From positions 4,526,001 through 4,590,000 of the forward strand of contig CAKKNE010000005.1 in NCBI GenBank assembly GCA_918797485.1: a DNA stretch of 64,000 bases, read 5' to 3'. The notes beneath the pieces were generated by a model. It was not told the origin of the DNA, did not search any database, and worked only from the letters and a program-made list of their open reading frames with translations. Positions 52,551 through 61,600 of the stretch are shown here, piece after piece (positions within the stretch are counted from its first letter, which is position 1; every line of letters starts with the position of its first letter). Source of the stretch: Pelagomonas calceolata (taxonomy: Eukaryota). Position numbers and translations under genes: made by a program.

Positions 52551-53225
52551 GGAGGGCGGGAAAAGAATTCTACTAGACAACTCCCGAGTTTATGTTCGTT
52601 TCCTTCCGTTTGTTTGTGGTAGAGTCCATTTAGGCCGCCTGAGCGGGGATGAGCTATGTTAGATGGCCCGTTAGAGCCTCGCCGCGAAGCGACTTCGGGC
52701 CCCCGCGTTTACGTGAAAACAAGCAGAAGACCCAGACCCGCGAGTATCAGCGACGACACCATCCAGATGGACCATAACGCCGTTATTCTATTCACAATTG
52801 ACCGACTTGCCAGTTCTCCACGGACGACGGTGCGTACGCGGGGCACCAGTAAGGCCCCAGACCGGTGAGTTGTAAAATAAATTCGCGTTTCAGGCACTTC
52901 GGTTGTGGGACGGGCCAGACAACCGGCCTGAACGTCTACTACATAGGATTACCTTCTCGGAAAACTCGGCGCGGGATCGTGCGACTCAAGTGCGAGCCCA
53001 CGTTCTCGCCAATTCGAGCTGTAGACCCGGACCTGCGACCGTCAGCCCGTGTAACATCACCATGGACCTTAATCTAAGAGCAGCGTTCTCGCGGGTTTCG
53101 TCGACAGCGCCATTTGGTGCTTGGTGAGCTATACGAGCGCATAGATACGCAGTAATCATCCAAGCGCTCGGAAGCGCACCGTTCTCAGCCACACATACGA
53201 AATCAGCCGCATCCACCAGCCAAAG

Positions 53226-54557
53226 ATGTGCGCCGCGCTGCTCAAAGCAGCAGCGCTCGCCTCGGCCGCCGCGCTCGCGAGCGCGGCCACAACCTCTACC
53301 TTCGCCATCCGCGACATCCCCGGGCCCAACATAGGCACCCCGGCACAGTCGCGCCTTCAGTATAAGCTCGCAAACTACGAGCGCGACCCCGCGACGTACC
53401 AGGCGTTCTGGCCCGAAGCCGAGGAATTGTTATTGCTGCTCTGCACGGACCCGGAGCTCTCGTACGCGAAGAACCGCTATGTCGCAGGCGATGTCGACGA
53501 GAACTTCGCCGGCGCCGGGTCCCGCTCGGCCGCGGTGCTCTCGATGAACGCCATGCACCACATCGTGCGCGGCACGTGCACCGACCGCTTTAGATCTGAT
53601 AAAGCGAGGCGAGCGTGTCACCTCGCCATCAAGATTATGGGCTCCGCCACGGTAAAGGCAGCTGATGACATGAAAAAATATATACAGCGCATCGAGCATC
53701 TTTTGACTGTATGCACGACATACCTCATTCACGGCGGCAAGGACGACGGCGGCGAGGACTCGCTGGCGTGGAGACAGATAACCACCGCCTTGGCATTGTT
53801 CGCGCTGTGCGCGTTCGCGGCCTTTAACGCGGCCGTGCGCGGTTCTAGGCGGGACGCGCCATCCAGAAAGGCGCTCGAGAGGCACCTCGAGGCGAGCCAC
53901 GACAACGTCCGCAAGCCCATTACTAATCTCTTCAACGAGGCGTGTCCGGGCGTGAACGTGTCGGGCACCCAGACGGCGTGCTTTCTGGCCATCGCCACGG
54001 TCGGGGCGTGGAAGAAAGCGGAGACGATGGTGCCGTGCTTCACGGGGACGGTGTTCGAGGCTAGCCGGTCGGATTTGTGCTCTGTGCATCGGAATCGCTT
54101 CTACAAGATTCCGGCGCAGTCGTGGTATTTGCTGGTCTTCATTTTACACTGCGACCTTCGGTGTAGAATCACTATTTTATCGTTCTCGACTGGCGCCTCA
54201 CTGGTTGATCTCCCCACAGTTGGCCTCTGGCTGCCCTTCGTCGCGCCCCTTCTTGGGCCGGTGCGCTACTTGTGGGGAACGCGCATCGCGTCCGGCCTAG
54301 CATATCACCTCTTCCGCCCGGATAGTGCCACCTGGTTCGGGTGCAACTTCCTGTACGTGCGGCTGACCTCCGACGACTATGATGCGCTGAAAGAACATTT
54401 GAAGGGGCCGCATTATTGCCTCGATCTCTACGACCCGAACGTGCTCGCGCTGATCCAGCGGGCGGCGCAGAACGGCGAGGCGGCCGGGCACGTCGAGTTC
54501 CTCGAGACGCTCTTCTCCAAGCCCGCGAACTACCACGTCAAGGAGACGTGGGCGTAG
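53226..54557 (+). CDS. Orphan membrane protein; possible in-frame 69-bp intron 54151-54219
   Basis: 443-aa ORF with signal-like N-terminus and hydrophobic segments; no recognised domain. Confidence 0.6.
   Translation: MCAALLKAAALASAAALASAATTSTFAIRDIPGPNIGTPAQSRLQYKLANYERDPATYQAFWPEAEELLLLLCTDPELSYAKNRYVAGDVDENFAGAGSRSAAVLSMNAMHHIVRGTCTDRFRSDKARRACHLAIKIMGSATVKAADDMKKYIQRIEHLLTVCTTYLIHGGKDDGGEDSLAWRQITTALALFALCAFAAFNAAVRGSRRDAPSRKALERHLEASHDNVRKPITNLFNEACPGVNVSGTQTACFLAIATVGAWKKAETMVPCFTGTVFEASRSDLCSVHRNRFYKIPAQSWYLLVFILHCDLRCRITILSFSTGASLVDLPTVGLWLPFVAPLLGPVRYLWGTRIASGLAYHLFRPDSATWFGCNFLYVRLTSDDYDALKEHLKGPHYCLDLYDPNVLALIQRAAQNGEAAGHVEFLETLFSKPANYHVKETWA
54151..54219 (+). mobile_element. Possible highly decayed introner (GC-AG, in frame)
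   Basis: CGGTGTAGAATCACTATTTT...CACTGGTTGATCTCCCCACAG resembles both TIRs; TSD only 4/8. Confidence 0.45.
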
Positions 54558-54627
54558 AGGTTCGTCTGCGCGGTGTCGTCAGCGACGGCGGGGGTGTATG
54601 TGATAAGACAAAAACACAACTACACAA

Positions 54628-56076
54628 CTAGTCCGAGGCCGGCACCGCGATGTCCGAGGCTGGAACAGCGACGCCCCGGAGCACCTCGCCGCACGCGCCC
54701 GGCGCCAGCAGCGCCTCGAACGTCGCCGCGTCGCGCGCGAGGAGGCACCCCGCGAAGCCCAGGGCGTTCACGTCGACGCCGTTTGCTTCGCGTGCGCGCC
54801 GCGCGACGACGAGCAGCCAGCCGCGGCCGACGAGCAGGTTGTGCGACTCGCCGTTCAGCAAATCGAGGTCGTGGAGCAGCAGCGCGTAGGCCCGCAGCAG
54901 CGCGTCGGCGAAGGCGCCGTCTGTCGAGAAGTCGACGCGGAACGTAGCCCTAGGCGGCAGGAGCACGACGCCGTGCGCGACGCCCGCGAGCCGCGGCAGC
55001 GTTTGCGCGACGGGTTGGAAGGGCACGCGGCCCGACCTGTGTGGAAATCAAAATTGTACGGCGCGTTCGCGTCGTCCTCCACGCCATCGACGCCAGACCT
55101 GCTCGATGGCGTGGTGATGCCGGTTCCTCGCTGCTCGACCGAGCCAGGACGACCGCATCATCGCCGAGAGATGACTTAGTGAAGAATTGTCGGGTGCACC
55201 CGACGCACTGGTTGATTTCCACGCAGGGCCCGACCAGCGCCACGGGTCGCGCGGCAACGCCTCGATGTCTCGGGAAATCGGCGGCAGCGCCGCGCTCCAG
55301 CCCTCGCCGACGAAACTCTCGCCGGGCACAATTTGGAAGTGTCGGTGCGGCTGCCTGTGTGGAAATCAAAATTTCCCAGCGCATTGAATCTTGGCGTCGA
55401 CCTCCACGCCATCGAGCGGACCCGACGCATTGGTTGATTTCCACACAGGCGGCTGCGACGCGCCCGCTGTCGCGTCCGAGTTGTAGAAGCCGAGGCCCCT
55501 CGCCGCCGACGCGCACCGGTGCAGCGCGTCGAGGTCGTCGCGGTCCAGGCGCCGCGCCTGGGGCACGGCCGCCGCCGTGATCAGGAGCGCGTGGTCCGCA
55601 AAGGCCGGGAACTTGTTCAGCACGAGCGCGTAGCCTCCGAACACGACTGGCCGCACGACAAGCTGCGACCGAACACTATCGAAGGGGTCCCCGTCCACCT
55701 TTTCAGTCGCGGTCCGCGGCGCCTCGAGCACGAGGCAGCCGCCCGCGTACGTCGCCCGCGCCACGGCGAGCGGCGCGAGGGCGCCGCCCGCGGCCGCCGT
55801 CGCGGCCCGGAGCTCCGCGGCGAGGTCCCAGTCGAGCGCCCACTCGTCCGTCGTGGGCGCGCGCGGCCGCGCCGCCGCCACGCGCAGCGCCAGCGTCGCA
55901 ACGAAGAGCAGCGCGCAGGCGCCCGCGGCGACGCGGAACCGCTGCCGCCGCCGCGCCGCCGCCGTCTCGTCCGGCTCGTCGAGCGTGCCGATGCTCATGC
56001 GCTCGACGGCGTCGCCTTTGAGGGGCTCCATGGGCAAACCGATGAGGGACGGGCGGTGGGCGTTGTAGACTGACAT
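54628..56076 (-). CDS. Ap4A phosphorylase (ATP adenylyltransferase) with N-terminal TM anchor; exons 56076-55457, 55354-55235 and 55036-54628
   Basis: DPF, LVLNKFP..HALLIT, GFYNS..AGASQPHRHFQ (motif rebuilt by splicing), HNLL..WLLVVARR, VNALGFAGCLL. Confidence 0.88.
54664..54786 (-). repeat. Left arm of 123-bp inverted duplication
   Basis: Reverse complement of 58438-58560, with one mismatch seen. Confidence 0.95.
55037..55234 (-). mobile_element. Introner (element 55037-55226; GT-AG intron of 198 bp)
   Basis: Perfect TSD GGCCCGAC at 55029-55036 and 55227-55234; interior homologous to 32733-32935 in the opposite orientation. Confidence 0.95.
55355..55456 (-). mobile_element. Introner (element 55355-55448; GC-AG intron of 102 bp)
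   Basis: Perfect TIRs; perfect TSD GCGGCTGC at 55347-55354 and 55449-55456. Confidence 0.95.
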
Positions 56077-56155
56077 TTGTCCGGCCAGCTTGCGTGAGGC
56101 CGCGCTGTAAAAAATGGCTGTCGACGTAGAAACGCGCTGTCGACGGAGTTTGCTT

Positions 56156-56178
56156 GCTAGTGTCTTACAGTCGCTAGC
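56156..56178 (+). promoter_or_regulatory. 24-bp palindromic intergenic motif (1-nt deletion)
   Basis: GCTAGTGTCTTACAGTCGCTAGC in the divergent spacer 56076/56365. Confidence 0.6.
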
Positions 56179-56364
56179 TGGATATATACGGAGAGCGGCG
56201 CTAAAATTGGCTCCCAGGGGCCTCTGGAAGCACCGACGAGACGCGCAAAGGCGACTCCACAAAAGCCGCAGCCCACCTAGGCGAGAACCGGGGCGGTTCG
56301 GCGAGGCGCGCTGCGCGAGAGCTAAGCTTGCTGCCGGAGAGCTTCAAGCGCGAGCGCGGGAGCG

Positions 56365-58311
56365 ATGCGGTCGCCCAGCGAATTCGTCGCGGACGCGGCC
56401 AGGCAAACGGTGCGGAGCGGCGGCGCATTGCTAACAACATTAAAACGAGCCGCGCGCGCGCTGACCAATTCGCTCCCGTCGAGGCAGAAGGACAAGAAGA
56501 AGCAGAAGCCGACGGTGCTGAACGTGTGCGTCGTCGGAGTTGGAACACTCGACAAGGGACACCAAAGGGCAATAAAGTGCATCGGCAAATTAGTACAGAG
56601 CCCGCAGGAGGCGAACGTGCTCGTGGTCAGCCCCTACGTCAGCCTGTGCTCGGATCCGCGGGTCCTCACGAGCTTGCTCGTCGGCTTGGTGGGCGCGACT
56701 CGTTTGGTTACCTTCGAACTGATTGGTGCCTTGGCGACTAAGTTGCGGGACGTGCCTTCGCTAGAGGATCCTCGCGTTGCTGCTCGAATTGATGATCCGC
56801 GGCTCTGCCCGGGGCCGCCGACGGCCGGGTCCAAGTTGGATCGCCGCCTCGTCGTGATAGTAGACGCGGACAAGCCGCGATTACTAAGTCAGCTAAGCAG
56901 CCACGACCTCCGAACTATAGCGGTCGCTCATGGAGCTTTTGCTTTTATCGTGTCTGACGTTGGGGTGTTGAGAAATCAAGAATTTCTACGGGAGTTCAAA
57001 TACCTAGTCTCGGGTCCGTTGGAGAGGGTGTTAGTTGTTGGTGGGCCTCGCGTAACTGAACCACTCGCTTCTGGTCTACAACGTCTTGTGGATCATTTGC
57101 GGCCTCCTGGGTCTCCTACTGATGATATGGCGGATGTTACAGAGTCCACTGGGGCCCTGGAGGTCTCCACTATCACGGTTCTCGGGTTCGCCCAAACGTG
57201 CCTCGGAAAAGGTCCTGAAGATCTCAAGCCCGCGCCGCTGTTGAGGAACTTGATGACTGATGTTGACGAAGGACCTGCGACGGCGCGACGCGACGCGCGC
57301 GTGGGCCAAAGGGTGAATATCAGGGAGTGGAGAATTATTGGCGGGCGCCACGTTCGCGAAATTAGCGAAGGAACCGTCGAGGCCATCATCGATCCAGCAG
57401 TTTCGGGCTTCGTCGTGCAGAAAGGAATTGGTGTTAGCGGAAAATGTCGACTGGTCGAGACGCAGCTCGTCGCCGTCGACTTTACTACTGGCGTGTTAGC
57501 TTGGGAGCGGCTCTACTTCTGCGCCGACGATCCAGTTTTAGGTTTGGTAGGATCGGTACAGATCCCGCAATTTGATCGCATCGAGTGGGCGAGTGATGGA
57601 AATGCAGTGGCGGCGCCGTGGGACGAGTCGGGTGCGTCGTCGAATGTATATGGGGTATTTGCCGCGGTCGCGCGCGACAATGCGCCGCGTACTGTTAGCA
57701 ATGACTGGGCACCCCTACCGGCTGTAGGAGGATCTAGCATTATTTCCAGGGCCTGGAAGACGGTTGCCAGTTCGTTAGAGACTGCGGCGCGCCGATTATC
57801 CGGCGGGGGCTCCTCGCCGGCGCCCGTCGCTCCTTTAGACCAAGACGTCATCTCAGATCCCTGCCGCGTCGTAATCCATTCCAGTGCGCGGGCGCCGGAC
57901 CAGACGAGCCGGATAGATGTGAACGCTGAAGTGTCATCGGTTCTAGATGCACGACACGAGGCGCAAGAGAGACGGAGGGATAGGCGAGCCTGCAATACGA
58001 TTTCTGGTGCCGTGTTGCAGCAAATGGGCCAATCGCTAGCGAAATCTGCGGGTCATGTTTTTATTTGGAGAATCGACGATAAGAAGAGGGCGAGACGCTA
58101 CACGAGTAGAAAGAAAGCAGAGGCAGGGGAGACGGGAAGCTATGGGGACGACCCTTTCCAACGCACGTACCTTCCTGCTCTTCTGAACGAAAAAATAAAA
58201 AGCAAGAACACGAGAGAAGCTGCCGAAGCTTGGGCGAAGACGACGAGCTGGAGAGCCGCCAAAAACGAAGCTGATGTGCCGCCGGACAGGAAGCCCTGGA
58301 CGGACGGCTAG
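56365..58311 (+). CDS. Orphan 648-aa protein, possibly BRCT-like N-terminus
   Basis: Long uninterrupted ORF, more AT-rich than its neighbours; GKLVQSPQEANVLVV..LVTFELI only weakly BRCT-like. Confidence 0.6.
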   Translation: MRSPSEFVADAARQTVRSGGALLTTLKRAARALTNSLPSRQKDKKKQKPTVLNVCVVGVGTLDKGHQRAIKCIGKLVQSPQEANVLVVSPYVSLCSDPRVLTSLLVGLVGATRLVTFELIGALATKLRDVPSLEDPRVAARIDDPRLCPGPPTAGSKLDRRLVVIVDADKPRLLSQLSSHDLRTIAVAHGAFAFIVSDVGVLRNQEFLREFKYLVSGPLERVLVVGGPRVTEPLASGLQRLVDHLRPPGSPTDDMADVTESTGALEVSTITVLGFAQTCLGKGPEDLKPAPLLRNLMTDVDEGPATARRDARVGQRVNIREWRIIGGRHVREISEGTVEAIIDPAVSGFVVQKGIGVSGKCRLVETQLVAVDFTTGVLAWERLYFCADDPVLGLVGSVQIPQFDRIEWASDGNAVAAPWDESGASSNVYGVFAAVARDNAPRTVSNDWAPLPAVGGSSIISRAWKTVASSLETAARRLSGGGSSPAPVAPLDQDVISDPCRVVIHSSARAPDQTSRIDVNAEVSSVLDARHEAQERRRDRRACNTISGAVLQQMGQSLAKSAGHVFIWRIDDKKRARRYTSRKKAEAGETGSYGDDPFQRTYLPALLNEKIKSKNTREAAEAWAKTTSWRAAKNEADVPPDRKPWTDG

Positions 58312-58437
58312 GGAGGCTCCAACGTTGTCATAAGTCATAGTGTGCTCCACCCACCCTATGGAACCTCCCTCCCACACAAGGCCGTGCTCGCCCGGGGCAC
58401 CTACCGCGTCAGCAGCCTGCACGGCGGTGGCAAGAGT

Positions 58438-58560
58438 GCAAACGGCGTCGACGTGAACGCCCTGGGCTTCGCGGGGTGCCTCCTCGCGCGCGACGCGGCG
58501 ACGTTCGAGTCGCTGCTGGCGCCGGGCGCGTGCGGCGAGGTGCTCCGGGGCGTCGCTGTT
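58438..58560 (+). repeat. Right arm of inverted duplication (copy of the Ap4A phosphorylase 3' end)
   Basis: Encodes ANGVDVNALGFAGCLLARDAATFESLLAPGACGEVLRGVAV, followed by AASS* at 58575. Confidence 0.95.
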
Positions 58561-58600
58561 GCGGCGAGCAGCTAGTGGCCTAATGTATGTGTTGTAACAT

Positions 58601-61600
58601 TTACGCAGGCCTCGGCAAGCCGACCTTGAACCAGGGCCGCAGCTCCTCCACGACGTTCCTTCTCTCTTCCGCGTCCTCGACCTCGCGGTCGCCCGGCTCG
58701 TAGGCGCAGGCCAGGCGCCCGACCGTCGGAATGCCGATGTTCTCACCTTTGGTCGCGCGCCAGACCTTGGGCAAGACCCAGCCCGGCTCGGGGTCCGCCT
58801 TCTCAGTCGGTCGGAAGACGAGATCGCGCAGGAAGGCGGTCCCGGGCGTCGGATCCTTGGGCGGAATGACGACGACAGGCTCCTTCTTCTTCCCCTTCTT
58901 CTTCGGGGCGGGCGGCTGCTCCACCGACAAGTCCTCGACGAGCGCCATCAGCACGCCGGCGCACCGCCGCTCGTCGGGCTGCTGCAAGTTTAGATTGTAG
59001 GTGCCTCCAAGCGCGCGCGGGTCCTTGACATTGAGCACGCCCAGGCGCCTCACTATTCTCCGCCAGGCCTCCTCGTTGAGGTGGCACGGCGCCGCCTTCG
59101 CCGTACTTTCCAGGTGCTCGAAGTCCACGACAAGATGCGCCAGGCCCGCCAGGACCTCGTCGCGATAATAGATCTCGTCGACCGCGGCCGCCGGGAAGAG
59201 CGCGGCGCAGACGCACAGTTGTTGTGAAGTCAGCTTCGTCTGGGCGAGGCGTCTCCTCAAACTTTCCAACGCGGCCGCGCAGTCGGTCGGCGGCGTTGGG
59301 ACGTCGTCGCCGAAGCAGCGGTCGACGAAGCGCCACTTCTCCGCCGGGTCCCGCGACGCCGCGTCCAGCAACGCCTCGGCCTCGCGCTCCGCGGCGCGGT
59401 CCTCGAAGCCATCGAGCACCACGTCGTAAAAGTGATATGTCACGCGCGTGGCGACGCCGGGCAGCTGGTGCGGGGCGCGCGGCGCAACCCCAGATTCGCA
59501 GGCGCCACGATCCACCAACTTCGCCTTGGTCAGCCCCAGCGGCTCCAGCACGGCCTGCTTCGCGAGCGCCGCGGCGGCCGCCGCGGGCGACTGCTGCGTG
59601 CAGACGCGGCCCGAGCTCTTCTGCAGGACGGGCATTGAAACTCCAAGAAATGTCCGCGTATCAATTTCGCCCGCCTCGAGCCCGCGCACCCGCAAAATAC
59701 AGCGGCCGCCCGCGACGACGCGGACGCGCACCGCGTGCGCGACCCGGACGAGCTTGCCCTTCTCCACCCCAAGACAGCTCTCGCGGCGACTTAATTCAGC
59801 CCAGAGCGCCTCCACCGCACCGTCCCAGGCCCCCACGTCCACGTAGGCCTTCGCGAGCACCTCGCGGAGCCGCGTCGCGGGCGTCGCGGGCGCCTCCGGG
59901 TCGCCGCTCTCCCCCAGGTCCTCGGCCGTGAACGTGCCAGCGCGCTGGACGGCGCGTAGCACGGCCGCCGCGGGCCCGGCGATCACGCCCGTCGCGTCCT
60001 CTTTGACACTCCGCAGCGCGGCGGCGACGGGCGCGACCGCCGTCCCGACATCCAGAGGGGAGGCCGCCTCGAGGAAGGCCATGGGGTTTGACGGGTCGTG
60101 CGCGCCCGTATCAATGTCGTGCAGGAAGCGCTCGTCGATGACCTTGGCGCGCGCGCGCCACTTTGCATCCCCAGCATCCTCGTCGACCGATTCGAGGTAG
60201 GACCTTCCAATTTTGCCCGCCAGCACGACGGCGTCCAAGGGCAGCCCGCACTCATCTAAAGTGCGCCGGAAGGCCGCATTCGGCAACGTCTCGCCCTCGG
60301 CCACGGGCATCAATGATGAATAGTCAAACCGTAAGGTGCCGCGCGGCGCCCGCGCTTCGATGATAGCCCCTAAAAAGTCATCACCTACCACACCGGTCAG
60401 CTGAATGTTGCCATAGGACACGTTCCTAAAACAACCGGAACCGTAGCGCTGCTCCGACCCTTCTCCAAAAAAAGTTGCTTTTTGCGCTTCCGTCGGTTTT
60501 GTGATAGGAGGCTGATCTAAGATGAACGGCGCGCCTTCCGGTGGTACGGGTAATTCCTCGGGGAGTTGCTGGAGGCACCAGCGGCGCTCCGCTGAGGAAC
60601 GCGAAGCGAGGCGCCGCGCGCATTCCTGGTGGAGCGGGTCCGACAGGTCCAATTCATATTTCCCGTTGCGGGCCCCAAAGAACACCGAGCCGTATCTTCC
60701 CAACTTCCTCAGTAATACGGATTGCTGCGGCCTCGATAAAGGTTCCATCAATGCCTCGGCGCCTGCGTCATCCACCAAACGCGGGAGTAGTATCGATAGC
60801 ACGTTTTCCGGCGGCGTTTTTTGCAAAGCTTCCATCAACCTCGGGACCTGGCAACTCAAGAGGCGCCAGTCGCGCGTCCACACGTCTACTGCGTCCTCCG
60901 CCGAGGCGCCTCGCTCCGTGTCCTCCCTCATGCATTTGACGAGCGCCTCCAGACCATTGGCGGACGGCGCCTCGAGGACGGACGAAGCGCGCGGCGTTGT
61001 CGATAGGCGGAAGCGGAGGCAGCCGCCCTCTTCCATTGGAGGCAATGTGAACGCGTTGTCCTCGCCGTCGACAATCTGTCCTACGGTTCTCTCATTAGTG
61101 GGCGTTCGACCTTTCACTAATACTCGCAAACAGGCATCCTTGCCCTGTTCGATGAGACTCTCCCGCAGCAGCTCGTCGGCCTCGTCTTCCTCTCTCTCAT
61201 TGACATCTGGCAACGGCAGGAATTCATCATTGGAATATTCCTTTGGTGGAGGTTCCACCCTCAACGTTAGTTTCGTCTTGAAGTGCTCCGGCTTGCGCAA
61301 CTCCTCCACACCGTCGGCCATAACGACATCCGTCAAGGATAGGCCGGGCCTTTTACCACACAACTCCAGGATGTCCTCGGCTACAGACCTTTCGTAGGGA
61401 TCGTCCAACTCCAACTGATAAAAGCCGCGGGGCGTCGCGGGGTCCCACAGAGTTTCTTTCATATTCAGCGGCGTCGAATGCTCGACAGCCTTTTGAGCAT
61501 CATTGACTTTCTGCAACGTGTCCGCGTCGTAGGCCTCGTGGTGCTGCAAGTCAGGCAGCTCCTTGCCCCAGCTACCTCTCGCTTTGGCTAGTGCCAGAGA

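Noticed and set aside
8199..56178. 24-bp motif as a CRISPR repeat or integron attC site
   Set aside because: Copies are kilobases apart, in mixed orientation, with no regular spacers and no cas or integrase gene; the context is eukaryotic.
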